NCBI GenBank assembly: GCA_965203095.1
Contig: OZ241877.1
Location: 448,001 to 512,000, forward strand
Direction of reading: 5' to 3'
DNA from: Bdellovibrionales bacterium
GTDB taxonomy: Bacteria; Bdellovibrionota; Bdellovibrionia; Bdellovibrionales; UBA1609
DNA: 64,000 nt
Below the pieces are notes generated by a model. The model was not told the origin of the DNA and did not search any database. It worked only from the letters and a program-made list of their open reading frames with translations. How positions within the stretch are numbered: the stretch's first letter is position 1; the number at the start of each line of letters is the position of its first letter. Shown one piece after another: positions 9,094-19,506 of this stretch. The position numbers and the translations under genes were made by a program.

Positions 9094-10563
9094 TTAGCCT
9101 CCCTGTGAAAAACCTCTATAATTGGGGAAGAAATAAGAAAAGTCTTTTCCCTGGCTCATATAGCCTCTTAAAATTTCATATATTTCTGGGTCTAAATGCT
9201 TGTAAAAAAAGATTTTTGCGGTTTTAGAAAGCTCATTTTGCCGGATAAAACTCCTTCTTTTAGATGAAGAGGGCTGATGATAAACTTTAATCTCGCTGAG
9301 ATGGATTTTTTTACCTTGTTTAAAAAGCCTATAACCTAAATCTATATCCTCAAAGCCGTAAAATATAAAATTCCCGCCAAAAGCTCCAGCAAGTAAAAAA
9401 TCCTTTTTTCTTAAGGTCAGGCTATAAGAGCAGACATATTTCCAAGGATTTTGAATTTTAAAACCTTTGTCATAAAAGTTTTTCCAATATCTTTTTTCCT
9501 CAATATAAATCCATTTTTTTAATTTTTCATGATCTAAATCTCCCTCTCCAATAGGGGCATTGTTTTTTAAATGGTATCTTTTGGTTTGAACAAGATCCCA
9601 CAGCTCCAGCTCTTCCTTTAACTTTGACAAATATTTTTTTTGAACCAAAATATCTGAATCCAAAAAGGCTAAAAAAGATCCGGAGCTATGTTTTGCCCCC
9701 AGGTTTCTGGCAATGCCTGCCCGGAAAGGGCCACCAACCTTATTTCTCTCCATTACCATAGGAAAATGAATGGCCTTAAAGTTAAGATCCGTTTTACTGG
9801 CAAAAGCTCTCAACATGGCCCTCGTCCTGTCCTGACTGGCATCATCTACAACAATCACTTCATAGTTTTTTTTCGGAAAATCTTGAACAGATAACTTTTT
9901 CAAACAGTTTAAAACTTGGATTTCATTGTTATAAGAGGGGATTATTACAGAAAAAACAATGTCTTCAGAATGGTTTTTGTTTATAAAAGGAGATGTGAGA
10001 GGTCGCAGATCCATATCAGGGCTTATCCGGCAGTCGTAAGGGTAGTTATAGATGGGGCGAACAGGGCCTTGTTTTTTAAGGAATGAGTAGATCTCTTTTG
10101 GTGTTAAAAAGGGGTCAAAAAAATTTTCTTTCAAGGGGAAATAAACTTCAGTTTTAGCTAAAAACTCTTGCCGAATAAGATTTTTGAAAGGAAGATTTTT
10201 ATTTCTTCTGGTGACAACATAAGTAAAAAAGCTTTTTTGTGAGACATTTAAACCCTCTAACTCTGATGGATTTTCAAAAACAATGTTAAAAAAAAGGGTT
10301 TTAAATTTTTTATTTAATTTTAAAGCTTGCTCTTTAAAATTTTTAGCTCTGATATAGATCCCCACTTGTAAGCCATTTTTTAAGCTTTCATAAAGGGCTG
10401 TATCACTTAAAAAACTCTCATCAAAAAGAAGACCTTGATATTTATAGGAAATGGCTTTTTTTAAACTCCTTTTAAAATCTAAAGGGCTTTTTTTGTTTGG
10501 CTTTATACCTTTAAAAAGGCTGAAATAAAACTGAGGATTTAAGCTGTAAAATTTAGACAGCAT
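9094..10563 (-). CDS. Family 2 glycosyltransferase with N-terminal extension
   Basis: SVIIPSYN, EVIVVDDAS, ARNLGA, FLDSD, YGFEDIDLGYRL. Confidence 0.9.
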   Translation of the reverse strand: MLSKFYSLNPQFYFSLFKGIKPNKKSPLDFKRSLKKAISYKYQGLLFDESFLSDTALYESLKNGLQVGIYIRAKNFKEQALKLNKKFKTLFFNIVFENPSELEGLNVSQKSFFTYVVTRRNKNLPFKNLIRQEFLAKTEVYFPLKENFFDPFLTPKEIYSFLKKQGPVRPIYNYPYDCRISPDMDLRPLTSPFINKNHSEDIVFSVIIPSYNNEIQVLNCLKKLSVQDFPKKNYEVIVVDDASQDRTRAMLRAFASKTDLNFKAIHFPMVMERNKVGGPFRAGIARNLGAKHSSGSFLAFLDSDILVQKKYLSKLKEELELWDLVQTKRYHLKNNAPIGEGDLDHEKLKKWIYIEEKRYWKNFYDKGFKIQNPWKYVCSYSLTLRKKDFLLAGAFGGNFIFYGFEDIDLGYRLFKQGKKIHLSEIKVYHQPSSSKRRSFIRQNELSKTAKIFFYKHLDPEIYEILRGYMSQGKDFSYFFPNYRGFSQGG

Positions 10564-10581
10564 GGCAGGATTGTTTGTTTT

Positions 10582-12009
10582 TTACTCTTCAGTAAAACTT
10601 GAGGGAATTTGTTTTTCATTTCTGACTTTAAGATTTCTTAGTTTTTCTACACTTCGGATAAGATTTCCTCTGCCACTATTCAGTTTGCCTTTAGCGGAAT
10701 CGTAAGATTCTCTCGCTTTTTTTAAGCCCAGATCAACCTTTCCCATGTCCTCTAAAAAACCAACAAATTTGTCATAAAGCCTTCCTCCTTGTCGGGCTAT
10801 CTCCTCCGCGTTTTTATTATAAGCCTCTACCTTCCATATTGAAGCGACAGTTTTTAAGACAGCATATAAGGTGGTGGGGCTGACTAAAACAATGGAATGC
10901 CTCCATGCCTTTTCAAAAAAATCATGTTCTTGTGTGACAAAGGCAAAGGCCCCCTCATTGGGGATAAACATAAGGGTAAAATCCGGAGAGCGAAGGCCCT
11001 CTGATAAATGGTATTTTTTATTCGCCAAATCTTCAATATGCTTGCTCACAGAGCGGAATATTTTTTGTTTGTTCTCCTCCCTTTCTTTTTCCGTTTCAGA
11101 AGAAAAATAACCTTGGAAATGAGTCACAGATACTTTGGAATCTATAATAATATGTTTCTTGTCAGGAAGTTTCACCACCACATCGGGGCGGGCAGAGGCC
11201 CCCTTTTCATCTTTTAAGCTTAAGCCTTGCCCCTGGACAAAAAACTCCTCCCCTTCCCTTAATCCTGACTTTTCTAAAATGTTTTTTAAAACAAACTCTC
11301 CCCATTGGCCTTGGGCTTTTACATCCCCCTTAAGAGTTTGAGAGAGTTTTTTGGCCTCATCCCTCATTTTTAAGTTAATGTCTTTAAAGTTAGAGATGGT
11401 CTCATCTAAAAACTTCCCTTTGCTTTCAAAACCTTGGACTGATTTTTTAAAACCCTCAATGTCCTCCTTAAAAGGCTTTAAAATTTGAGAGAGGTCTTTT
11501 GAAGATTCCTCTCTGTAGGATTTCGTGTTTTCTAAAAAAATTTTTTTGGCGGTGTTTTCAAACTCTGCTTTTGTTTTTTCCGCCAACTGTTGAAAATGTT
11601 TTTCTTTTTCTGCAAAGTGCTTTTGATCCCTTTCCTTTTGTTCTTGAAAGCTCTTTTCTTGATCTGTTAGTTTTTCCTCATAATGCTTTGTTTTGAGGTC
11701 TATCTCGTTTTTAAAATGCATTTCTTTTTCTGTTAGCTTTTCCTTATAGAGCTGTTTTTGATTTTCCAGCTCCTTCAGCCGGGCCTCATTTTGGCTTTTA
11801 AGGCTCGCACAATCCTCACTTAATGGAATGATCTGTTGTTTATAGGATAGATTTTCCTCTTTTAGAGCCTTTTGCTCTTTTTCCATCTGGTCCCTCTCTA
11901 TTTTTATTTTTAGAGATGAGTTTCGTTTTGAGGACATATATAAAAAGACAATAAAAGCCCCTACCACAAAGCCCACTAAGCCACATAAAAAATAAATAAA
12001 AAAAAGCAT
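10582..12009 (-). CDS. rmuC: DNA recombination protein RmuC
   Basis: TM segment and coiled coil, then GQWGE..L..ILEKSGL, RPDVVVKLP, IDSKVS, LVSPTTL. Confidence 0.95.
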   Translation of the reverse strand: MLFFIYFLCGLVGFVVGAFIVFLYMSSKRNSSLKIKIERDQMEKEQKALKEENLSYKQQIIPLSEDCASLKSQNEARLKELENQKQLYKEKLTEKEMHFKNEIDLKTKHYEEKLTDQEKSFQEQKERDQKHFAEKEKHFQQLAEKTKAEFENTAKKIFLENTKSYREESSKDLSQILKPFKEDIEGFKKSVQGFESKGKFLDETISNFKDINLKMRDEAKKLSQTLKGDVKAQGQWGEFVLKNILEKSGLREGEEFFVQGQGLSLKDEKGASARPDVVVKLPDKKHIIIDSKVSVTHFQGYFSSETEKEREENKQKIFRSVSKHIEDLANKKYHLSEGLRSPDFTLMFIPNEGAFAFVTQEHDFFEKAWRHSIVLVSPTTLYAVLKTVASIWKVEAYNKNAEEIARQGGRLYDKFVGFLEDMGKVDLGLKKARESYDSAKGKLNSGRGNLIRSVEKLRNLKVRNEKQIPSSFTEE

Positions 12010-12186
12010 ACGGCAGGATATACCTTATCTTAATCAGCAAAACAAGGCTTTATATTGATAAAGCTCATTTTTCCCTCATCTTACTAAAAAATAAGGCTTG
12101 GGAAAAAAAATAAGAAAAAAACTGGACATGCCCTTTTTTTTTGTTATTATCTTCCTGTTCATTTTTAAACCATAAGGAGGATAACT

Positions 12187-12711
12187 ATGTTAGCCGTTGG
12201 AGATCAGTTTCCTGAATTTAATCTTAAGGCCCTTTTTCCCGGTTCTCAAGATTTTAAAGAGATAAATAATGAGGCATACAAAGGGAAATGGTGGGTCATC
12301 TTTTTTTACCCCAAGGATTTTACTTTTGTTTGTCCAACAGAAATTAAAGCTTTTAGTGATATGAACCAAAGCTTTAAAGACCGATCAGCTGAGGTCTTAA
12401 CAGCCTCTGTAGACTCTGAGTTCGTCCACCTGGCCTGGAGGAATCATGAGCCGGATCTCAAAAATATACAAATTCCCATGCTGTCAGACATAAAAAGGGA
12501 GCTTTCCGCCTCTTTGGGCATTTTAGATATGGAGGAAGGGGTTTCCCAAAGGGCCACCTTTATTATAGATCCCAAGGGAATCATCCGCTTTGTTTATGTG
12601 ACGGACTTGAATGTGGGCCGAAGCCCTAAAGAGGTCTTAAGAGTTTTAGATGCCCTTCAAACAGATAAACTTTGCCCTTGCAACTGGGAAAAGGGCCAAA
12701 AAACCTTATAG
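12187..12711 (+). CDS. ahpC: Peroxiredoxin (AhpC)
   Basis: FFYPKDFTFVCPTE and LCPCNW; AGGAGG RBS. Confidence 0.95.
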   Translation: MLAVGDQFPEFNLKALFPGSQDFKEINNEAYKGKWWVIFFYPKDFTFVCPTEIKAFSDMNQSFKDRSAEVLTASVDSEFVHLAWRNHEPDLKNIQIPMLSDIKRELSASLGILDMEEGVSQRATFIIDPKGIIRFVYVTDLNVGRSPKEVLRVLDALQTDKLCPCNWEKGQKTL

Positions 12712-12752
12712 TTTTTTGCCGGTTGTCTGGGATTAACAGTCCAGGGTAGATA

Positions 12753-13568
12753 ATGAAAAATAACTGGCACTGTAGATTGAAGAAAGCCCCAAAAAAAATC
12801 ACTGTGGGGGATAAATTTCTTCTCATCTGCGATGGAGAAAGCCCGTCCGGCCTTAAACCCCCGGTCCATATTGAGTTTTTCAATGAAAAGGACAATTATT
12901 CCCTTCATGTCCTGAAAAGCTTAGATATAAAAGATTATTATTTGGCTATGGAGGTCGTCTCCTACCGTGTGGGTCATTTTCAAAGTCCCTTTATTATTAC
13001 TGATGGCCATCGCCGTTTAGTTATAGACAATTTATCCTTCACTGTTCATTCTGTTTTGACTAATAAGAAGGGTCCCATCAAGCCCCATGGCCGTATAGGC
13101 CCTGTGAAATCTTGGCCCTCTAACAATATTTTTAAAATTATAAACATTGTTTTGTTCTTTGGCTTTACTATTTATATGCTGAACTATTTGTATCGTTTTT
13201 TTAAGAGGAAAAGCTTTATCCAAAAAGTCATAAAAAGGGAGTCGCACCAAAACCCCTCAAAGTTTTTTGTGCTCCGGTTAAGGAGACAAAAAAACAATCC
13301 CCCTCATCAAATTAAAGAATTACAACAGAGTTTTAAAATTTTTTTAGAAGATCTTTTTTTAATTCCCACAACGGAACGGAATACTTATCAGATTATGCAA
13401 AGCCTAAAGGCTTTTCATCCTTTAGTTTATAAAAAAGAGGGATCTGCTCTTCGGCAAATTTTAGATGAGTTGTCTGATGGGCCAGAGGAGGAAAAACCGG
13501 AAACATTTTTAAAACTAAAAACAGCCTGTCAGGACATGGTTTTTCGCTTGAGCCTTAAGGAGAAGTAA
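12753..13568 (+). CDS. Hypothetical membrane protein at the head of the bat cluster
   Basis: 271-aa ORF with one TM segment, ending 1 nt before batA. Confidence 0.75.
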   Translation: MKNNWHCRLKKAPKKITVGDKFLLICDGESPSGLKPPVHIEFFNEKDNYSLHVLKSLDIKDYYLAMEVVSYRVGHFQSPFIITDGHRRLVIDNLSFTVHSVLTNKKGPIKPHGRIGPVKSWPSNNIFKIINIVLFFGFTIYMLNYLYRFFKRKSFIQKVIKRESHQNPSKFFVLRLRRQKNNPPHQIKELQQSFKIFLEDLFLIPTTERNTYQIMQSLKAFHPLVYKKEGSALRQILDELSDGPEEEKPETFLKLKTACQDMVFRLSLKEK

Positions 13569-13569
13569 A

Positions 13570-14568
13570 ATGACTTGGCACAGCCCGAACAGCTTTTTCT
13601 TGCTCATTCCCCTTTTATTGGTTTTTTTGTTTTTTGCAAAAAGGCCTGGTGGAGCTTTTTTTTACAGCAGTTTGAATCTTTTTTATAAAAAAAATTTTTC
13701 TTTAAGGGCCTCTTTGGCTTTTCTTCCTCAACTGGGGAAGGCTTTGGCTTTGGTTTTAATTGTTTTGGCTTTGGCCCGGCCGCGGTCAGCTCATATCACC
13801 GCGGATCAAACACAAGAGGGTATAGACATAATGATAGTAATGGATATATCCTTAAGCATGCTGGTAGAGGATATGGAGGGGTTTACTCGTTTGCAGGCGG
13901 CTAAGCAGGTTGTGGGAGAGTTTATTGATGGTCGCCCTTATGATCGCATGGGTTTGATTGTGTTTTCCGGAGAATCTTTTACAAAAGTCCCTTTGACATT
14001 TGACCATCAGGTTTTAAAAAAAAGCTTGTTGCAAACTCAAACACTATCCAAAATTAAAGAGGGAACAGCTATTGGTGTGGCTTTAGCTAATGCCACAGCC
14101 AGGCTCAAAAGTTCGCCATTGTCCAGCCGAGTTATTATTTTTTTAACCGATGGGGAAAACAACACCGGCTTTATTGATCCAGGAACCGCCATAGAGCTAT
14201 CCCGGAAAAACAAAATCAAAGTCTACAGTATTGGAATGGGTAGCGAAAGCGGGACTTTCCCCGTAAAATACAAATTCCAGACTCCGGACGGAAGATCGGT
14301 TTATCGAAGAGTCTATATTGAAAGTCATATCAACAAAAAACTAATGAATCAAATAGCCTCTCAAACAGGAGGAGAATTTTTTATGGCCAAAAACCTGAAT
14401 TTGTTGAAAAGAATTTTTAAAAAAATTGATGAGTTAGAGACCTACGAAATTCAAATCAACAAATGGACTTCATACAAAGAGCATTTTAAAAACCCTTTGC
14501 TGGCAGGGCTCTTGTTTTATTTTTTATCTGTTGGGCTTTCCCTCACCGTGTTTTTTAGGGGGATATGA
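13570..14568 (+). CDS. batA: VWA-domain protein BatA
   Basis: ALARP, DISLSM MIDAS, GTAIGVAL, LTDGENN. Confidence 0.9.
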   Translation: MTWHSPNSFFLLIPLLLVFLFFAKRPGGAFFYSSLNLFYKKNFSLRASLAFLPQLGKALALVLIVLALARPRSAHITADQTQEGIDIMIVMDISLSMLVEDMEGFTRLQAAKQVVGEFIDGRPYDRMGLIVFSGESFTKVPLTFDHQVLKKSLLQTQTLSKIKEGTAIGVALANATARLKSSPLSSRVIIFLTDGENNTGFIDPGTAIELSRKNKIKVYSIGMGSESGTFPVKYKFQTPDGRSVYRRVYIESHINKKLMNQIASQTGGEFFMAKNLNLLKRIFKKIDELETYEIQINKWTSYKEHFKNPLLAGLLFYFLSVGLSLTVFFRGI

Positions 14569-15632
14569 TGTCTTTTGCTCATCCAGAATATTTACAGTGG
14601 CTGTTGTTGTTGCCATTTCTGATGGTTCTTTATATAGTCCGGAGCCGTATAAGGGAGAGGAAAGCTCAAAAATATTTGGGCCGGTCCAATCATTTTTTAA
14701 GGGCTTCTATCAGCCAGAAAAAACGGCATTTAAAAATAAGCCTTCAGTTGCTAACTATAGCTGGCCTCATTATAGCTTTGGCTCGCCTTCAAAGCTTAAG
14801 TGAAATACCCACTAAACAAAAAAAAGGAGGCTATATTCTCTTATTAGTGGATAACTCGCTAAGCATGTTGGCAGAAGATGTCCGGCCCAATCGCCTTACT
14901 TTTATGAAAAAGGAGCTTTCTCGTTTAATGGACAAGTCTTCTGGTGATTATATGGCTCTTGGGATTTTTGCCCAATCCGCCTTTTTGGCCTCTCCTTTTA
15001 CAAAAGATCTTTCGGCTGTCCAATCCTATCTCAACGATCTCTCTACAGATCACCTCAGCCATCAGGGCACAAATTTTAAAAGAGCTTTTCAGTTTAGCGA
15101 AAGGATTTTTGAAACTATTAAAAAAAACAAAAATTCTGACAAAGCCCTTATAATTGCTTCTGACGGAGAGGATCATTCCTCAATCAACCAAAAGGAAGTT
15201 GAAAAACTGGTTAAGGAAAAACAGGTTCGTATTTTCTCCCTGGCTTTTGGTTCGGAAAAGGGAGGGCCACTGCCTATTAGAGATTATAAAAATCAAATTA
15301 AAGAGTATAAAAAAGATATCAATGGACAATTAGTGATCAGCAAATTAGAGTCTGAATCGCTAAAAAAATTTGCAAAATGGGGAAAAGGCTCATACTATCA
15401 TGTGGCTTACGGTGGGCAGGCCATCGATCGATTGAGAAAAGATCTGGATCGTATGAAAAAGGCTAAAATGGAAAAGTCAGTTAGAACCAAAAAAACAGAA
15501 CATTACCAGTGGCCCTTGTTTTTGGCCTTTCTTATTGCTTTAATAGAATGGGGTTTAAGCGATCGGAAACCTATGCCTAAGGGAGGCTATTATAAATCAG
15601 GAGTTTTAGGAGTATGGGGAAATACACAATAA
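14565..15632 (+). CDS. batB: VWA-domain protein BatB
   Basis: DNSLSMLAEDVRPNRL, SDGEDH; overlaps batA by ATGA. Confidence 0.88.
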   Translation: MMSFAHPEYLQWLLLLPFLMVLYIVRSRIRERKAQKYLGRSNHFLRASISQKKRHLKISLQLLTIAGLIIALARLQSLSEIPTKQKKGGYILLLVDNSLSMLAEDVRPNRLTFMKKELSRLMDKSSGDYMALGIFAQSAFLASPFTKDLSAVQSYLNDLSTDHLSHQGTNFKRAFQFSERIFETIKKNKNSDKALIIASDGEDHSSINQKEVEKLVKEKQVRIFSLAFGSEKGGPLPIRDYKNQIKEYKKDINGQLVISKLESESLKKFAKWGKGSYYHVAYGGQAIDRLRKDLDRMKKAKMEKSVRTKKTEHYQWPLFLAFLIALIEWGLSDRKPMPKGGYYKSGVLGVWGNTQ

Positions 15633-16384
15633 TTTCTGATAGAGATTTTTTTATTTTTTGTTTTATCTTTCTCTTTTCTGTGATTTTCATTTTATTTCAC
15701 ATGAAAGGGATAGGGAGGGATGCTGTTTTGAAAGGTCGGTTGGCTTTTTACAAAAAAAATTACACTTTGGCTCAAAAATATTTTGAGCAAGCTTTATCTA
15801 AAAATCCATTAGACCCTGTGCCTTATATCAACTTGGCTATAATTGAAGATGTATTGGGCCGGCCGGATAAAGCCTTACAGATTTATGATATTGTTGTCTC
15901 CCGTTTATCTGCTCCAGAATTAGAACCTATGTCTTATTTTGCTTATTACAATATGGGAGAGCTTAATGGCCGGTTGGGCCGGCGGGATCAGGCATTAAAA
16001 AATTATCAACAAGCTTTAGATTCATTCTTGAAGATGGATTTAATCAAACAGAATATTGAATTGTTGTTTCGGGAACCTGAGCAAAACCAAACAAACAAAA
16101 AAAACCAAGAACCTAAGGGAGACAAAAACAAAAAAACACAAAGCCAAGGTCAAAATGAGGACTTAGGCCAAAATAAAAAAAAACCTGTTCCAAAAAAATC
16201 CAAAGGGAAAAATTTAGAAAAACCGGATCCGCTCTCAAAGGAAGAGAAATCTCAAATCAGCCCTATAGGAGACACAGAGGAAAAAGCCATATTGGAGGAA
16301 GTCGAAAAGCAGGAAAACAAAGTTCGCTGGAAATTTTATAAAAGAGGAAAGCCTTTTGGGGACAAAGTGAAAAAGGATTGGTGA
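15614..16384 (+). CDS. batC: TPR protein, BatC-like
   Basis: TPR repeats, Q/K-rich linker, C-terminal KDW. Confidence 0.8.
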   Translation: MGKYTIISDRDFFIFCFIFLFSVIFILFHMKGIGRDAVLKGRLAFYKKNYTLAQKYFEQALSKNPLDPVPYINLAIIEDVLGRPDKALQIYDIVVSRLSAPELEPMSYFAYYNMGELNGRLGRRDQALKNYQQALDSFLKMDLIKQNIELLFREPEQNQTNKKNQEPKGDKNKKTQSQGQNEDLGQNKKKPVPKKSKGKNLEKPDPLSKEEKSQISPIGDTEEKAILEEVEKQENKVRWKFYKRGKPFGDKVKKDW

Positions 16385-16400
16385 GGGGAATACAAAGCCA

Positions 16401-18194
16401 ATGAAGTTTTTTTTATTGACTTTGATTTTGGTTTTGAGCCAGCCCTCTCAGGCTTTAGACATTCAAGCTTTTGTGGATAAAAATGAATTGTCTTTAAATG
16501 AAAGCTTTGTTTTTACAATCAAACTACAATCTCAAAAAAGTCTTCCTAAAGGTCTGGACATGCCTGATCTGTCTCATCAGGATAATTTTTATCTTTTGAA
16601 TCAGTGGTCTGGCAGGGAAAGCTCTATTAACTGGATCAATGGCCAGATGGAAAAGACAGCTTCTATATCAAAAAACTATCGTCTTCAACCTAAAAAGACA
16701 GGGGTTTTAAAAATCCCAACATTTCGTATTCAAGCCAATGGAAAAGTTTTTAGCACTTCAGTTATTTCTATAACTGTTCACAAGGAGGCCAGCCCATCCT
16801 CACCAAAAAAAAGGCATAGCCCCTCTTGGCCTCCTTCTTCTATTATCCCTCCCTCTTATTTTGATTTGTTTGAAGATCCTTTTTCAAAAAAAGAACTTTC
16901 ATCAAATCCTGTCCATTTATTAACCCGTTTAAATAAAAAATCGGTTTATAAATCAGAGGGGATCCGTGTGGATTGGATCATTTTACAAAGCTCCAGCAGT
17001 GGGAATTACAGTGTTTATCAAAAACCTTCTCTTAAGGGTTTTTGGAAGGAGGAGTTAAAAAATAAGCACTCAAGATCATTAGGAACTGAACTCCGTGAGC
17101 AAGTTCTTTACAGGAAAACTCTTTTAGAAAGCCAGTGGCTGTTCCCTCTTAGAACTGGGGAATTAGTAATCGATCCTTATGCCATAAAGGCAGAAAAGAT
17201 TTTTGGCTTTCGGTTTCAAGAGCAAGTAATTAGCTCTTCAGCTCAAAATGTTCTGGTTAAGAATCTCCCCACTGAGGGCCGGGATCACTCTTTTACAGGG
17301 GCAGTGGGAGATTGGGCGATAAAAGCCCTTTTATCTGATTCCACAGTGAAAGTTGGGCAACCCCTGTCCTATAAAATTATTTTTGAGGGTTCAGGCCACC
17401 CTCGTTTTATCAGTTTGCCTGAGCTGGAACTTCCCTCCTCTGTGCAAACATATCCTCCAGTGGCAAAGTCCTTTTTCTTTGACTCTGGAAAAGGGCGAAA
17501 AGAGTTTGAGGTCCTTATCATCCCTCAAAAAGAGGGAACTTTAGTTATCCCTTCACAATCACTCAGTGTTTTTGACAGCTCCACTGGCAAATACATTTTG
17601 CAAAAAACAGATTCCTTTTCTTTATCTGTGCAAAAAGGGAAGATAAAGAACCAAGACCAACTCACTTTTTTTGAAGAGGAAAAAGGAGGAATCCCCCCTT
17701 TGCTGGATCCCATCTCAACAAATATTTGGCCCCGTTTTATAAACCATAAAAACCTTATGATTTTTTGGCTGTCGTTTTTGGTTTTTGCTCTATTAATTAA
17801 TTTGATTTTATTGGTTATTTTATTAAGAAATAAATTTCGCCTGCAAAAAAAATCCAGCTTAAAAGAAAAAGTAGAAAGGGAGTTTAAAAGCATAAGAGCT
17901 TATTTAGACAAAAAAAACTGGCGGAAGGCAGGGGCGGGTATGATCCAAGTCAATTATCTTTTGCTTTCTTCTTCTCCCACTCCAACATCTTCCCTGGGCT
18001 GGAGACAGGCTTTAGAAAAACTCCCCCTCAGCCAAAATAAAAAATATTTTACTGAGTTTGAAAATTTATTTAAGGATTTAGAAACCTTGAGCTTTGCCCC
18101 ACAGTCTCCTTCAGAGGAGACTGCTTTAAAACAAGCACAGAGCTTGTTAAAGAGGTCAGAAACTCTGGCCCAAGCTTTTTTATCTAAGAAATAG
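16401..18194 (+). CDS. batD: BatD family protein
   Basis: Signal peptide, FTGAVG motif, C-terminal TM segment; position after batABC. Confidence 0.85.
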   Translation: MKFFLLTLILVLSQPSQALDIQAFVDKNELSLNESFVFTIKLQSQKSLPKGLDMPDLSHQDNFYLLNQWSGRESSINWINGQMEKTASISKNYRLQPKKTGVLKIPTFRIQANGKVFSTSVISITVHKEASPSSPKKRHSPSWPPSSIIPPSYFDLFEDPFSKKELSSNPVHLLTRLNKKSVYKSEGIRVDWIILQSSSSGNYSVYQKPSLKGFWKEELKNKHSRSLGTELREQVLYRKTLLESQWLFPLRTGELVIDPYAIKAEKIFGFRFQEQVISSSAQNVLVKNLPTEGRDHSFTGAVGDWAIKALLSDSTVKVGQPLSYKIIFEGSGHPRFISLPELELPSSVQTYPPVAKSFFFDSGKGRKEFEVLIIPQKEGTLVIPSQSLSVFDSSTGKYILQKTDSFSLSVQKGKIKNQDQLTFFEEEKGGIPPLLDPISTNIWPRFINHKNLMIFWLSFLVFALLINLILLVILLRNKFRLQKKSSLKEKVEREFKSIRAYLDKKNWRKAGAGMIQVNYLLLSSSPTPTSSLGWRQALEKLPLSQNKKYFTEFENLFKDLETLSFAPQSPSEETALKQAQSLLKRSETLAQAFLSKK

Positions 18195-18204
18195 CTTGTG
18201 AAAA

Positions 18205-18250
18205 GTCATTCCCGCCGAGCCAGTCATTCCCGCCTTGAGCGGGAATCCAG
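18205..18250. repeat. REP-like palindrome (partial plus full copy)
   Basis: GTCATTCCCGCC..GTCATTCCCGCCTTGAGCGGGAATCCAG. Confidence 0.7.
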
Positions 18251-18402
18251 AAAAATCTGTTTTTAAGTTTACTTGCCCAAAGGCAAAAGAAGTTTAAAGG
18301 ATGCTTTTTCAGGAATGGCGGAGTTTTTTTACAGTCGATTATTATAGAGAAAAGTGGGTTCAGGGCTTGATTTTTAAATCTCGATCAGGCAAAATCCAAA
18401 AC

Positions 18403-19506
18403 ATGAAAACAAGAAAAAAAGTTTTAGTGGCCATGAGCGGTGGGGTGGATAGCTCTGTATCCGCCGCCCTTTTAAAAGACCAGGGCTATGATGTGATAGG
18501 AGCTACCCTTCAGGTTTGGGATTATTCTAAAAATAAAAATCCAGAAGGCTTTGGGACCTGTTGCTCTCATGTGGATGTTCAAGATGCTCGCACAGTTTGT
18601 GATATTTTGAACATTCCTTTTTATGTTTTAAACAGTGAAAACCTTTTTGAGGAAAAGGTCATTCAACCTTTTGTTCGTGATTATTTGAACGCGAGGACAC
18701 CTATCCCTTGTTCCCACTGCAACACTTTTTTAAAGTTTCACTATCTGATAGAAAAAATGAATGAGCTGGACTGCGATTTTTTAGCTACAGGGCATTATGC
18801 TAAAATTTGCCAGCTGAAAGGGGGGAAACAGGGCTTATTCATGAGTGAAGACCTCAGCAAAGATCAAACCTATTTTTTGTTTCATCTGGATCCGGGCATT
18901 CTCTCCCGATTGCTTTTTCCCTTAGGCTCTATGAAAAAACAAAAAGTCCGTGAGATAGCCCTTAAAAAAGCTCTTCCTGTTTTTGGAAAAAAAGACTCCA
19001 CAGGCATTTGTTTTATTGGCAAAGGGGATTACAGATCTTTTGTGGAAAACTATGCTCGAAAAAACAGATGGGGTGGGCAAAAATCTGGCCTGTTCAAACA
19101 GTATCCTACTGGCACAGTTTTAGGAGAGCACAAAGGCATTCACAACTTCACTATAGGCCAAAGAAAAGGCTTGGGCATCCCCTCTAACAAGGCTCTGTTT
19201 GTTATTCAAATTGACCCTGCCCAAGGGGAAGTTTGGTTAGGAGAGGAAAAAGATCTTTACTGCCAAACGGCAGAGGTGAGGGATGTTCATTGGTTAGATA
19301 AAGCCCTCCCTGGGGAACAAATTGATGTTAAGATCCGTTTTCAAGATCAAGCCTCCCCTGCTCATTTTCATGAAAACAAAGGTTCTTATTTTGTAAAATT
19401 TATTCAACCAAAAAAAGCTCTCACTCCTGGGCAAAGTGCTGTATTTTATAGAGGCTCTCAAGTTTTAGGAGGTGGCTTTATTTATTCGGGAAGCTCTTTA
19501 AAATGA
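18403..19506 (+). CDS. mnmA: tRNA 2-thiouridylase
   Basis: VAMSGGVDSSV, ATGHYA, KDQTYFL, FTIGQRKGL, LTPGQSAVFY; start at MKTRKK. Confidence 0.97.
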   Translation: MKTRKKVLVAMSGGVDSSVSAALLKDQGYDVIGATLQVWDYSKNKNPEGFGTCCSHVDVQDARTVCDILNIPFYVLNSENLFEEKVIQPFVRDYLNARTPIPCSHCNTFLKFHYLIEKMNELDCDFLATGHYAKICQLKGGKQGLFMSEDLSKDQTYFLFHLDPGILSRLLFPLGSMKKQKVREIALKKALPVFGKKDSTGICFIGKGDYRSFVENYARKNRWGGQKSGLFKQYPTGTVLGEHKGIHNFTIGQRKGLGIPSNKALFVIQIDPAQGEVWLGEEKDLYCQTAEVRDVHWLDKALPGEQIDVKIRFQDQASPAHFHENKGSYFVKFIQPKKALTPGQSAVFYRGSQVLGGGFIYSGSSLK